Source: Candidatus Cloacimonadales bacterium
Lineage (GTDB): Bacteria; Cloacimonadota; Cloacimonadia; Cloacimonadales; JAFGVF01
Direction of reading: 5' to 3'
DNA: 64,000 nucleotides
NCBI GenBank assembly: GCA_963677495.2
Contig: CAXXOU010000004.1
Coordinates: 1,184,001 to 1,248,000, forward strand
The position numbers and the translations under genes are program-made. Positions within the stretch are counted from its first letter, which is position 1. Each line of letters opens with the position of its first letter. Below are positions 1-10,080 of this stretch, piece after piece. The notes under the pieces are model-generated. The model had not been told where the DNA came from. It made no database searches and was given only the letters and a program-made list of their open reading frames with translations.

Positions 1-490
1 ATGTTGAGTCAGTTCGTAGGTTGTAACCTATAACTTCATTATCATCTCTTATCATTATTACACGATTAGGGGCAAGTACTTTATCAGTTGCTTTGTCCCA
101 TTCAATATAATCTGTTTTGACTATTCCATTGGCTGTTTCAAGGTATACATGGCCGAAAGCTTTTATGTGATCAGCGTTATCTTCTACATATGCTGAATCG
201 CACTCAATATATGAATAGTGTTTACCATCTTTATCATAAGAATCAAGTTTAGCATCATATGCGATTGTCAACTTTTCATCATAGTAGTTTCTAATCATAG
301 ATGCTCTTAATTTATAATCTGACTTATCACCCTTTAGGTTGTATACCTCAATCCCTTCAATATACTCCTCAGGAGCGTTGGGATCGATAGTAAACCTTTC
401 ACTACCATCATCAAGATTGTAACAACCAGCAAGAACAATTATACTAGCGATTAATAAGATGTTCCACAAAGTCTTGTATTGTCTCTTCAT
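1..490 (-). CDS. lptC: LPS export periplasmic protein LptC-like lipoprotein (3' end runs off the window)
   Basis: Not in the ORF track. Manual translation from ATG at 490 gives MKRQYKTLWNILLIASIIVLAGC (lipobox LAGC) and stays open to the window edge with beta-rich sequence. kdsA-kdsC-lptC order is conserved. Confidence 0.75.
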   Translation of the reverse strand, partial: MKRQYKTLWNILLIASIIVLAGCYNLDDGSERFTIDPNAPEEYIEGIEVYNLKGDKSDYKLRASMIRNYYDEKLTIAYDAKLDSYDKDGKHYSYIECDSAYVEDNADHIKAFGHVYLETANGIVKTDYIEWDKATDKVLAPNRVIMIRDDNEVIGYNLRTDST

Positions 491-977
491 GTTTTCCCTG
501 TTTATGTAGAATATAATCTATTAACTCTCTTAAAGCACCTTTACCACCGGCTTTGGTTGTAACATAGTTCACTCGTTTGGATATACCTTCTGCACAATCA
601 ATAGGGGCTGCAGAGAATTTAACAGCTTTGAGTAGGGGTAGGTCGTTATAATCATCACCGATATAAGCTGCATTTGAGAAGTCTAAGCCAAGTTCATTAA
701 GAAGCTTCTCGGCCACTTTGTATTTATTGCTGACTTTCTGGTACAGGTGTTCAATATGTAAGTCATTTGCCCTACGTTGCAGAGCATGAGATTCTCTACC
801 GGTAATAACAGCAGTCAAACCACCTGATTTCTGCCATAAGAACACACCTAGACCATCCCTAGCTGAGAAAGTCTTAATCTCTGTATTTGTATTATCATAA
901 ATAATAGAATTATCGGTTAAGACTCCATCACAATCTGTAATAATTATCTTTATGTCATCCCAATCAAATTTCTTCAT
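444..977 (-). CDS. kdsC: KDO-8-phosphate phosphatase (HAD family)
   Basis: TDCDGVLTD HAD motif, FSARDGLG, AYIGDDYND, GGKGALRE; adjacent to kdsA. Confidence 0.92.
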   Translation of the reverse strand: MKKFDWDDIKIIITDCDGVLTDNSIIYDNTNTEIKTFSARDGLGVFLWQKSGGLTAVITGRESHALQRRANDLHIEHLYQKVSNKYKVAEKLLNELGLDFSNAAYIGDDYNDLPLLKAVKFSAAPIDCAEGISKRVNYVTTKAGGKGALRELIDYILHKQGKHEETIQDFVEHLINR

Positions 978-1768
978 TATAATACCTCAAGGCTTCGATC
1001 TAATAGTCTTTCAAATTTATCTAAAGAAAGCATAGTCGCTGCATCACTTTTAGCTTCTGCAGGGTTTGGGTGGGTTTCCACAAACAAACCTTTCACCATT
1101 CCGGTTGCAATCGCAGCTCTTGCCATCATTTCAATATACTGTGGAGTTCCACCGGTTGTTGTTCCTGAAGAAGGTTGTTGCATACTATGAGTTACATCAT
1201 AAACAACAGGATACCCTAGCTCTTGCATTATCGCAAAGCTTCTAAAATCCACTATAAGGTTATGATAACCAAAAGAAACTCCACGCTCTGTGAGCATTAT
1301 CTTTTCATTTGAAAAAGCTAAGCATTTATCTACTGCTGATTTCATATCTTCCGGTGCCATGAACTGGCCTTTTTTAATATTAACTATCTTTCCTGTTGCA
1401 GCTGCAGCTCTGATAAGAAAAGTCTGTCTTGATAAGAAAGCAGGTATTTGAATAATATCAGCAACTTCTCCCACGGGTGCAGCTTCAGCAGCTTCATGTA
1501 TATCAGTAACAATAGGTACTCCAAACTCGTCTTTAACTTTCTGAAGTATTGCTAATCCTTTCTCTAGTCCAGGGCCGGAGAAGGAGCTTAATGATGTTCT
1601 GTTTGCTTTCATGAACGATGACTTAAAGATAAACTCAATATCTCTTTTAGAAGTATATTCTTTAAGTTTCTCAGCTATTTTAAGTGTTGTGAGTTCATCC
1701 TCTATTACGCATGGTCCTGCCATGACAAAGAACTTGTCACTCTTTATTAATCTTTTATATAGTTCCAT
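977..1768 (-). CDS. kdsA: KDO-8-phosphate synthase
   Basis: AGPCVIE, KANRTS, QIPAFLSRQT, NIKKGQF, DVTHS motifs. Start moved to ATG 1768, which has an AGGA RBS. Confidence 0.95.
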   Translation of the reverse strand: MELYKRLIKSDKFFVMAGPCVIEDELTTLKIAEKLKEYTSKRDIEFIFKSSFMKANRTSLSSFSGPGLEKGLAILQKVKDEFGVPIVTDIHEAAEAAPVGEVADIIQIPAFLSRQTFLIRAAAATGKIVNIKKGQFMAPEDMKSAVDKCLAFSNEKIMLTERGVSFGYHNLIVDFRSFAIMQELGYPVVYDVTHSMQQPSSGTTTGGTPQYIEMMARAAIATGMVKGLFVETHPNPAEAKSDAATMLSLDKFERLLDRSLEVL

Positions 1769-1844
1769 ATTCGTCCTATGCTTTTTTTTTACCAATTTCA
1801 TGCTTTAACCAGATGTCAAGCGAAATAGTCAGCCTTGTCATGAA

Positions 1845-2322
1845 ACAAAAACCTTCGGAATGGTCCCTAGACCTTCCGAATGGTTGTACTTCGAAGAAGC
1901 CTAAGACATTTAAACTATCAACCAAGGGGGGATCAATTCACATTACAAGAGTACCATTGAGAAGGTCTATCGACCATTATCAAGGTAGATTAATTGCAAC
2001 TGATTCTCACATACAAAAACCTTCGGAATGGTCCCTAGACCTTCCGAATGGTTGTACTTCGAAGAAACCTAATACATTTCAACTATCAACCAAGGGTGGA
2101 TCGATTCACATTACAAGAGTACTATTGAGAAGGTCTATCGACCATTATCAAGGTAGATTAATTGCAACTGATTCTCACATACAAAAACCTTCGGAATGGT
2201 CCCTAGACCTTCCGAATGGTTGTACGTCGAAGAAGCCTAAGACATTTAAACTATCAACCAAGGGGGGATCAATTCACATTACAAGAGCACCATTGAGAAG
2301 GTCTATCGACCATTATCAAGGT
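1845..2322. repeat. Tandem array of 3 x 168-bp REPIN-like units (family A)
   Basis: Unit starts at 1845, 2013 and 2181. Each unit has hairpin ACCTTCGGAATGGTCCCTAGACCTTCCGAATGGT and an inverted hairpin ACCATTGAGAAGGTCTATCGACCATTATCAAGGT. Confidence 0.95.
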
Positions 2323-2412
2323 GGTATTATTGCCTCTCTATCGTAGGGATCAACGGGTTAAGTCTAACAAAATCCCCACAAAGGTATTGCAAAAATAAAA
2401 CTCATTCTGACG

Positions 2413-2441
2413 AAAAAAAGGTAGCACTATGGCTACCCTTT
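2413..2441 (-). terminator. Probable intrinsic terminator after glyA
   Basis: GGTAGC-loop-GCTACC stem with an A7 tract (U-tract on the minus strand). Confidence 0.65.
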
Positions 2442-2461
2442 AAGATCTGTAGAACAATTGA

Positions 2462-3775
2462 CTAAACGATATCGTTCTCTTTGAGCAACTCGCTATAAAG
2501 TGGGAATTTAGCAGTAAACTGTCTAACTTCCTCTTTAATCTCAGCAAGCTTCTCTTTATTATCATAGTTATCGAAAACTGCTTTGATAAAGGCAGCAATC
2601 TTAACCATCTCTGCTTCTTTCATACCACGTGTTGTTACTGCAGGTGTACCGATTCTGATACCTGAAGCAACGAAAGGTGAGCGTGTGTCATAAGGTACTG
2701 TATTCTTGTTAGCTGTAATACCTGCTTTATCAAGTGCACCTTCCATCTTCTTACCTGAAGGACCACCATCAGCTTCAGGACCGAAGTCGATAAGCATAAG
2801 ATGATTGTCTGTACCTTCAGAAACGAGTCTGAAACCTTGTTTTGCAAGTTCTTCTGCAAGAACTTTAGCATTAGCTACAACCTGCTTCTGATAAGTTTTG
2901 AAGTCATCAGAAAGAGCTTCTTTGAAAGCTACGGCTTTAGCTGCGATTACATGCTCAAGTGGTCCACCTTGCAAACCTGGGAATACATTTGCATCAACAG
3001 CAGCTGCATGTTCCTCTTTACAGAGAATAAGACCGGCTCTTGGACCACGAAGGGTTTTATGTGTTGTAGTTGTTACGATATCAGCGTAAGGAACAGGATT
3101 AGCATGTTCACCTGCAGCAACAAGACCTGCAATATGAGCCATATCTACCATGAAGTATGCACCAACTTCATCAGCGATTTCACGGAACTTAGCGAAATCA
3201 ATACTTCTTGGATATGCGCTTGCACCTGTAAGAATAAGCTTAGGTTTGCACTCTAATGCTTTCTGTCTGATTAACTCATAATCAAACTGTTCTGTATCTT
3301 TATTAACACCGTAAGGTACGATGTTATAAAGCATACCTGAGAAACTAAGTGGATGACCGTGAGTCAAATGACCACCATGTGAAAGTTCAAGAGCAAGAAC
3401 TGTGTCACCAGGTTTGATAAGTGCGAAATAAGCACCCATATTAGCTTGTGAACCTGAATGTGGTTGAACATTAGCATGATCAGCACCGAAAAGCTCTTTA
3501 GCTCTTTCAATAGCAAGTTTTTCTACTTCATCTACATACTCACAACCACCATAATAGCGTCCGTAAAGTTTGTAATTTCTTAGACCTGTTTTCTTACTTA
3601 CTCTGTAAGGATAACCCTCTGCATATTTGTTAGTTAAAACAGAACCTTGTGCTTCAAGAACAGCCTCTGAAGTAAAGTTTTCTGAAGCGATAAGCTCCAA
3701 GTTTTCTGTTTGTCTGCGTAACTCTTCACGCATAACGTTGTAAAGCTCTGGATCGAACTGTTTAATGTGACGCAT
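2462..3775 (-). CDS. glyA: Serine hydroxymethyltransferase
   Basis: [37 protein letters not shown] (PLP lysine), [13 protein letters not shown]. Start is either 3790 or 3775. Confidence 0.97.
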   Translation of the reverse strand: MRHIKQFDPELYNVMREELRRQTENLELIASENFTSEAVLEAQGSVLTNKYAEGYPYRVSKKTGLRNYKLYGRYYGGCEYVDEVEKLAIERAKELFGADHANVQPHSGSQANMGAYFALIKPGDTVLALELSHGGHLTHGHPLSFSGMLYNIVPYGVNKDTEQFDYELIRQKALECKPKLILTGASAYPRSIDFAKFREIADEVGAYFMVDMAHIAGLVAAGEHANPVPYADIVTTTTHKTLRGPRAGLILCKEEHAAAVDANVFPGLQGGPLEHVIAAKAVAFKEALSDDFKTYQKQVVANAKVLAEELAKQGFRLVSEGTDNHLMLIDFGPEADGGPSGKKMEGALDKAGITANKNTVPYDTRSPFVASGIRIGTPAVTTRGMKEAEMVKIAAFIKAVFDNYDNKEKLAEIKEEVRQFTAKFPLYSELLKENDIV

Positions 3776-4211
3776 GATTACTCTCCTCATATTTACTTAT
3801 TTTGTTTAGTCTTCTCACGTGCCTGTCCCCTTCAAAAGGAGTGGAAAGCCAGGTTTTAATAATGTTTTCGGCCTGATCTTTAGTAAGGAATCTTCCTCCT
3901 AAAGCAAGTATATTAGCATTATTATGTTCTCTCGATAGTCTGGCATATTCCGGACAGTGGCAAAGTGCACATCGAATGCCCTTAACCTTGTTTGCAGCGA
4001 TGCTGATTCCGATACCTGTTCCGCAAACAATGATCCCCATGTCTGCTTTACCGGATGCTACAGCTTCACCTGCTTTAATTCCGTAGTCACTATAATCTAC
4101 CGAAACTTCTGATTCGGTTCCCAGGTCAAGTATTTTATGTTCATCCAATAAGGTTTTTATATACTCTTTGAGTTCAAACCCACCATGATCTGATGCTAAA
4201 GCAATAATCAT
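3762..4211 (-). CDS. rpiB: Ribose-5-phosphate isomerase B
   Basis: [36 protein letters not shown]. Confidence 0.95.
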   Translation of the reverse strand: MIIALASDHGGFELKEYIKTLLDEHKILDLGTESEVSVDYSDYGIKAGEAVASGKADMGIIVCGTGIGISIAANKVKGIRCALCHCPEYARLSREHNNANILALGGRFLTKDQAENIIKTWLSTPFEGDRHVRRLNKISKYEESNHASH

Positions 4212-4213
4212 AA

Positions 4214-4447
4214 CTATTTATCTTCCTTCTCACCTTTTTTCTCTTTATATTTAGATACTTCAACTTTGGGTCTTAGAATTGCCATGAATAAACCATACAA
4301 TATTGAAATTATGATAATCTGAATTGCAGATCTCAAAACACTGCCGGTTCGAAAGTATGGAAAGATTATAATCAGTGCAGTATAGATAACAGCAAAGATA
4401 GATGCAAATCTAATGAACCTTTTTAAGAATGTATCTTTCTTAGGCAC
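4214..4447 (-). CDS. Small two-TM membrane protein
   Basis: Two hydrophobic segments; tightly packed between ptb and rpiB. Confidence 0.65.
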   Translation of the reverse strand: MPKKDTFLKRFIRFASIFAVIYTALIIIFPYFRTGSVLRSAIQIIIISILYGLFMAILRPKVEVSKYKEKKGEKEDK

Positions 4448-5365
4448 TTATTCGTCCTCTGCCATTAAGCATGAAAGTGCTATGCAGTAGAACTTCGAGG
4501 CAGGACTTTCACTTCTGGACATAACAACAACAGGTTTGATCGTTCCTTGAATCAACCCGGCAAGTTCTCCCCCACCAAAAAGCATTACACCTTTGTAGAA
4601 GATGTTTGAAGCTTCTATAGATGGAAAGATAAGCACATCAGCTTCACCATTAACCGGTGTAGGTACACCTTTAATCTTAACGCTTTCAGGGTCGCAAGCA
4701 AGGAACATATCAATAGGTCCATCTATTGTGCAAGCAGGTAACTGCTTTCTATTAACCATCTGGCACATAACAGAATAATCTGTATGACTTGGGAAATGTT
4801 GACTTGCCTTTTCAGCAGCACTTAGTAATGCGACTTTTGGCATTTCGATTCCAAACTTCTTAGCCATAGATACAGAATACTTAAGCATAGCAATCTTTTG
4901 ATTAAGGTCAGGGAATGGAATCACAGCAGTGTCAGTTAAGAAAAGAAGCTTATCATATTTGGGAACTTCAACAGCACATACATAACTCATGACTGCCTTT
5001 GGTGGTAATAAACCCTCTTTCTTGTTCAAAACAGCTTTAAGGAACTTGTCTGTTCCGATTAGACCTTTCATTAATACATCAGCTTCACCATCACGAACCA
5101 TACGAACAGCCTCAGAAGCACACTGTACTTCATCTTGAATATCAATAATTGTGAACTGATTCGGATTTAATCCTTCAGCTTCGCAAACAGCTTTAATCTT
5201 ATCTGCTTTCCCCATCATGATAGCTTCTGCAAAGCCTTCATTAACAGCTTTAGCGATAGCTCCAACAGTGTTTGGGTCTTCTGCTGAAACAACAGCAATT
5301 CTCTTCTTCAAACCAAGACCTTTTACATGCTCAACCATTTCATTGAGAGTTTTAATTGCTTTCAT
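4448..5365 (-). CDS. ptb: Phosphate butyryl/acetyltransferase
   Basis: ADVLMKGL, LFLTDTAVIPFP, PKVALLSAAE, DGPID, PVVVMSRSE. Confidence 0.85.
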   Translation of the reverse strand: MKAIKTLNEMVEHVKGLGLKKRIAVVSAEDPNTVGAIAKAVNEGFAEAIMMGKADKIKAVCEAEGLNPNQFTIIDIQDEVQCASEAVRMVRDGEADVLMKGLIGTDKFLKAVLNKKEGLLPPKAVMSYVCAVEVPKYDKLLFLTDTAVIPFPDLNQKIAMLKYSVSMAKKFGIEMPKVALLSAAEKASQHFPSHTDYSVMCQMVNRKQLPACTIDGPIDMFLACDPESVKIKGVPTPVNGEADVLIFPSIEASNIFYKGVMLFGGGELAGLIQGTIKPVVVMSRSESPASKFYCIALSCLMAEDE

Positions 5366-5472
5366 TCTTTATCCTTTACCATAAATTCATTTTCAAATAC
5401 ATTCCCGTATAACTCAGCAAAACTGTTACTATGGTCAAGTAAAATCGTATATTCTTTGGTTTATTTGAACTA

Positions 5473-5725
5473 CATCAACTGTGTAGATGCATCTTGTTAC
5501 GAATCGAAAACCTTCGGAATGGTCCTTAGACCTTGCGAGTTGTAATTATGGAGTGCATCAACTATGTAGATGCATCTTGTCACAAACTAAAACCTTCGCA
5601 ATGGTCGTAGACCTTGCTAATGGTTGTAAATCGAAGTAATTATCGAAATTATTTCTTCGTCCAAGGGTGGATCGATTTACATTACAAGAGCACCATTGAG
5701 AAGGTCTAAGGACCATTCTCAAGGT
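5473..5725. repeat. Family A element: partial copy (5510) and full copy (5592-5725), with an 83-bp direct duplication
   Basis: Same two hairpins and internal CCAAGGGTGGATCGAT..ATTACAAGAGCACC as at 1851-2322. CATCAACTRTGTAGATGCATCTTGT occurs at 5473 and 5556. Confidence 0.9.
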
Positions 5726-5803
5726 AATTTACGTGCCACATTTCGCTATTGCTCCAACTCCTTGTGGTCGCTATGAGCCCAGCTATAGGCTTTAGGCTAT
5801 TAG

Positions 5804-8419
5804 CTATTTCACCACCGTTATCTGACCTTTACCAATCCTCTCACCATTCTGTTCAAGATTGTAGAGATACACACCGGATGGGACATGCACACCTCGATTA
5901 TCAGTAAGATACCAGAAGATAGTGTTGCGTCCTTTGCGTTGACTCTTAACCTTAATGGATTTTACCATTTGTCCTTTGATATTGTACACCTTCAACTCGG
6001 CATTTCCTACATCTTTCACATTGTATTTTATTACAACATTACCGGTGCTGATTCGTACCGGATTAGGGTAACAAGCTAAAAGCTCATTAGCTTCAGGTGT
6101 ATCATTAGTTTCCTCTATTATTGGTGTAGTTGGCTGTATACAATCATACTTAATTTCAATAGCTTCTCCATCGTTAATATACATGCCAACGCTATGTCCG
6201 TTGAAATCAGGATATGACCAAACAGGATTCATCTCATAGCTATCTATCACACCATCAAGGTCTAAGTCCCAGGCTATTGTATCAATAGGAAAGTTATACT
6301 GTGGAGTAAACACAACATCAATTGGGAACACATTCCCCATTGCCTGCATTGTGAAATCAGCGACATTACCTTGCCATTCATAGCAACCCATATCTATGCT
6401 ATCTCCATGTACACGTGGATTACCTGCTAAATCTGTCTCAGGTAGTTCGAATCCATCAGGTAAATTGAGAGTACCTGCATCTATACAAGGAGAATCAGCA
6501 TCCAACATAAACCTATTCTTTCCATATCCGGTGAAATGAGGTATTGTATCTATGTTAGTATCTTCGTAGTTGAAAGTAAGATTAGGCCAATCAGGATAAT
6601 GGGTAGTTTCCTCTCCACCGGGTATCAAATTGTGTCCAACATTTATCTCTGCTGCATAAGGACCACCTGTCTCGAATACATAAATAGAATTATTTTGATC
6701 TGTAATATAATTATCTATCATAATATTGTTCTTGATGTTCGTCACACTTGGATTTGTTTGAGAACCTGAATATGAAACTATTATCATCCCATCCATTTGA
6801 TGTGAGGGATGATTTCCATAGAATGTATTATTAATAATATTTGTATTAAGAGGTCCGGCTAAAATCACATACCATCGAGTATAATCATAAGCAAAAGGAA
6901 TGGACTCTGCTGAGTCGAATAAGCAATTGGATATATTCACATCACTTGGAACTGCACTGTCTATATATATCTGCTCTCTTTGATTAAAGAACTTTGTATT
7001 TGTTATCTCAACAGAACCTGAACTCCAGAAGCTAATATTTCCATTAATGATAGACTGTTGAGTTGTAACAATTTCAGTCTCTTTACTGCCAAACTGACAG
7101 TTGTTTATTTTCCCATTGCTAACTAAAAAATCCAAAGTTCTATTCAACCACATAGGGTTATGATAATTGGTCTGATAAAATTTAACATTTTCAAGATGTA
7201 TGAGTGAGGCTTCATAATCAGGAGCAAGTGGATAGTCAGGTTCGAAATAGATTGCATACTCATAATGCCAGTTATCTTCTGGACTATCTTCTTCAGTAAT
7301 CTGATTATTGATTAATGATAGATTCTCAAGCTTGATATGACTCTGTCCTGATCTGTTTATGATATGATTTCTTATTCCTTCACAATTTAGGATTGTTGTG
7401 CCAGCAGAGTCACCTAAAATAGTTGTATAGTCTCTAACATAGAAAGGAAAATAATTGTCATTTCCGGAGAAAGAGTATTCACCTGGCAGAAGATGAACTG
7501 TAAGTCTATTTTCTACAGTTGGAGCTATAATTGAGCACGCCCACCATATCGACCTAAGAGGTGTTGCAGATGTAAGCCCATCATTGTTGTCATCTCCCCA
7601 GGGAGAGACAAAAAGGTCTGATTCAATTCTTGGCAATGTTGTAGTATTCGCTTGAAATGTTAAATCATAATTTGCACTATGATCTGTATGAACTGCTACA
7701 TTATAGAACCGATCATTTGAATCAATACTCAATGTATCAGCTATAATCGGTGTAATATTTTCATCATACAAAATCAGTAAATCTGATCCCCAAAAACTCT
7801 GATTATTGTAGATACTGTTTAAATTAGTATCATTAAAAATGGTTGGAAAATTTTCTGTTTCATCACTACTGAATAACATGCATCCACCGCCACCTTCAGT
7901 GGCAATGTTGTTCCTGATAGAGTTACCTGACAATGTGACATCACACTCCACTGTAGCTAAACCTCCACCATGAATGCTAATATTATTATAAAAACTACAA
8001 TTTGAGATATGTATTTCTGTTCTAGTAATAGTTACAACACTCAACCACCAAGAGTTGTCAACAATTATAGCATTTCCATTTCTAAATGAAATTCCAATAA
8101 TATTAGATACACCTTCAAATGTGTCGTTCATGACTCTGAGTAATCTATGCTGATTTTCACCATCAAAGATAGTGTTTCCAATATGGCTCTCATCTCCATC
8201 CAAGTGATATAAACTTGCTATTGTTAGTGATTTATTTAGAACATCTACCTCTTCATAATAGATACCATCATGAATAATGATTGTGTCATTATCAAATGCC
8301 ATATTAACAGCATTCTGGATAGTTGTAAAGTCTCCTGTGCCATCCTGATTAACGTGCCAAGTCCAAGAAAGCAGAAGTATTGGAATATGTAAAATTAGAA
8401 TCAGTAGTACCTTTTTCAT
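5804..8419 (-). CDS. Secreted beta-helix (pectin-lyase-like) protein with choice-of-anchor-Q/PKD-like region and FlgD-Ig/T9SS-like C-terminal tail
   Basis: Signal peptide, GDFTTIQNAVN, VSPWGDDNNDG, SPCIDAG..DLAGNPR..DMGCYE, YPNP..VYNIKGQ..PSGVYLY. Confidence 0.8.
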   Translation of the reverse strand: MKKVLLILILHIPILLLSWTWHVNQDGTGDFTTIQNAVNMAFDNDTIIIHDGIYYEEVDVLNKSLTIASLYHLDGDESHIGNTIFDGENQHRLLRVMNDTFEGVSNIIGISFRNGNAIIVDNSWWLSVVTITRTEIHISNCSFYNNISIHGGGLATVECDVTLSGNSIRNNIATEGGGGCMLFSSDETENFPTIFNDTNLNSIYNNQSFWGSDLLILYDENITPIIADTLSIDSNDRFYNVAVHTDHSANYDLTFQANTTTLPRIESDLFVSPWGDDNNDGLTSATPLRSIWWACSIIAPTVENRLTVHLLPGEYSFSGNDNYFPFYVRDYTTILGDSAGTTILNCEGIRNHIINRSGQSHIKLENLSLINNQITEEDSPEDNWHYEYAIYFEPDYPLAPDYEASLIHLENVKFYQTNYHNPMWLNRTLDFLVSNGKINNCQFGSKETEIVTTQQSIINGNISFWSSGSVEITNTKFFNQREQIYIDSAVPSDVNISNCLFDSAESIPFAYDYTRWYVILAGPLNTNIINNTFYGNHPSHQMDGMIIVSYSGSQTNPSVTNIKNNIMIDNYITDQNNSIYVFETGGPYAAEINVGHNLIPGGEETTHYPDWPNLTFNYEDTNIDTIPHFTGYGKNRFMLDADSPCIDAGTLNLPDGFELPETDLAGNPRVHGDSIDMGCYEWQGNVADFTMQAMGNVFPIDVVFTPQYNFPIDTIAWDLDLDGVIDSYEMNPVWSYPDFNGHSVGMYINDGEAIEIKYDCIQPTTPIIEETNDTPEANELLACYPNPVRISTGNVVIKYNVKDVGNAELKVYNIKGQMVKSIKVKSQRKGRNTIFWYLTDNRGVHVPSGVYLYNLEQNGERIGKGQITVVK

Positions 8420-9496
8420 TTAATCTCCCTGGGAATCGATCTGTGATTCAATGGCTAGAATATAATATACCTCCGGGTTCATAAGATTGATTTTGACAGG
8501 TATATAACCATAAACTGTAGATAAGAATCTATAGCTTTTATAAACTTGTATCTCATCTGTACCCTTGTATTTAACTGCAAACGATATAGCCTTATTGTTA
8601 TGATTTTGTTCTTCTAACATATATGCTCTGATATAAGCTATATTGTTGTTAACTCTTCCAAACCCTTTGCAGTCATCCCCAATATAAATACCAACTTCTT
8701 TTACATCATCAAAATCAGGAAGTTTCACAATAACGGGCAGATAATCTACTTGTTCTTCGAACGAGAAGTATTGGGATTGATAAGAAGATATTTCTTTATT
8801 CTGATTTTCTACGGCTTTTCCCCAACCTGCAAAAGTAAACGATTTATCGTAAACAAGTTCAATCATATCTCCATAACTGATAAAAGCGTTCTTTTCTCCT
8901 TCCCAAACATAGTTACCGACAGAACCGGTTCTATAAATAAACCAGTCTTGATGCTTAATTGCAATGCAATAGTCTTCTATTTCAGTAACAAAGTCATGAA
9001 AGTTGTAATGTTTACCCTCCTTCCAAAAACCAAGCCAGAATCGGGAAACTCCGGAACAAGTATGTTTGATAGGAACTTTTGTTGTATCTGGCAGTTTAGG
9101 TCCCGCAAGACTCATTTCTACTGTATTTTCTAGTTCAATTTTATACCCCAAGCAACTTCTAATTGCTACGGTCCCATTGTTCCAAACGACTCCAGACCAA
9201 TCTGCGTAATCTACTACATCCTGTGAATCTACATGTACTGATTTAAATATGGTCTCAAATTGTGATAGTTGTCTTCTAAGTGTAACTGATTCATCAATAC
9301 TATTACCTCTCAACCATAATCCATCGTTCAAAGAATCTGCTTTAATTCTGGGAAAAGAAATCCAATGAATACCTGCATCTAGTTGTCGGTTATCAGTATT
9401 CCGCTCGATGAACTCATCTGAAACTGCATGTTGAGATAATAATGAGCTACTCATCATTAAGACTAGATAATATAGAAAAAGCATAATTCTCTTCAT
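8420..9496 (-). CDS. Secreted hypothetical protein
   Basis: 358-aa ORF with a signal peptide, abutting the downstream secreted-protein gene. Confidence 0.7.
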   Translation of the reverse strand: MKRIMLFLYYLVLMMSSSLLSQHAVSDEFIERNTDNRQLDAGIHWISFPRIKADSLNDGLWLRGNSIDESVTLRRQLSQFETIFKSVHVDSQDVVDYADWSGVVWNNGTVAIRSCLGYKIELENTVEMSLAGPKLPDTTKVPIKHTCSGVSRFWLGFWKEGKHYNFHDFVTEIEDYCIAIKHQDWFIYRTGSVGNYVWEGEKNAFISYGDMIELVYDKSFTFAGWGKAVENQNKEISSYQSQYFSFEEQVDYLPVIVKLPDFDDVKEVGIYIGDDCKGFGRVNNNIAYIRAYMLEEQNHNNKAISFAVKYKGTDEIQVYKSYRFLSTVYGYIPVKINLMNPEVYYILAIESQIDSQGD

Positions 9497-9614
9497 CAGA
9501 GCTCCTTACAGATACCGAATATGTTATTTGTAATAAGCATATTTGGTTTGTCAAATGGTTTATTCGATTGCCATTTGTTTGTTTGCAGAATCCCACTGAT
9601 ATTCGATATATCTC

Positions 9615-9705
9615 TTTCGCCCCTACAGGGCTCTGCATTTTTGGGGGATTTTTTACCCCCACGCTCACGCATGGGGCTATTAAACATTAGCTCCATCAGA
9701 GCTGG
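9615..9705. repeat. REP-like short palindrome cluster
   Basis: GCCCCTACAGGGCT, CCCCACGC-TCAC-GCATGGGG and AGCTCCATCAGAGCT hairpins in a GC-rich patch. Confidence 0.5.
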
Positions 9706-9718
9706 AACACCCAGCTAA

Positions 9719-9825
9719 ACCTTCGGAATGGTCCTTAGACCTTTCGAATGTACTGTACATCGAAGAAACTATCTCGGACTTGCGTTGTAGCGATAGCATG
9801 ACGCGAGAACGAATCAGACTCCGAG
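9719..9825. repeat. Family A half element joined to hairpin module Y
   Basis: ACCTTCGGAATGGTCCTTAGACCTTTCGAATG followed by TCGGACTTGCGTTGTAGCGATAGCATGACGCGAGAACGAATCAGA, which recurs at about 55423-55467. Confidence 0.85.
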
Positions 9826-9926
9826 TACCGGAAAACAAAGTGTCCATTTTATATAAATTATTTTAGAAGTGCTAAGATTGAATCTAAGATTCATGACATC
9901 TTTCAAGCACGTATTTTCTTTAATTT

Positions 9927-10080
9927 CTCCCTCTACTCTCAGCAGTAACTCTTGCTAGACACTTGGTAAACACTTGGCAAACCCTTGGCCTATTCTTGGC
10001 CTAATTACCAAGAATAGGCCAATTTATTAACAGGATATAACCATTCTGAAATCATGAATTACTGCTGACACTAGAGAGAG
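9927..10080. repeat. Family C 11-bp-phased inverted element
   Basis: CTTGS at 9951/9962/9973/9984/9995; CCAAG-like at 10008/10019/10030/10041/10052; terminal stem TCAGCAGTAA..TTACTGCTGA. Confidence 0.88.

Noticed and set aside
1845..2322. CRISPR array
   Set aside because: The sequences between hairpins are near-identical rather than unique spacers, and no cas genes are present.
1813..2346. 177-aa ORF with three 56-aa repeats
   Set aside because: It coincides with the 168-bp DNA repeat, has no clear RBS, and the dispersed copies conserve hairpins rather than a reading frame. Probably a by-product, though translation is not excluded.
9447..9718. Short ORFs 9447-9668, 9496-9696 and 9521-9718
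   Set aside because: They overlap REP-like palindromes in three frames and have no recognisable domain.
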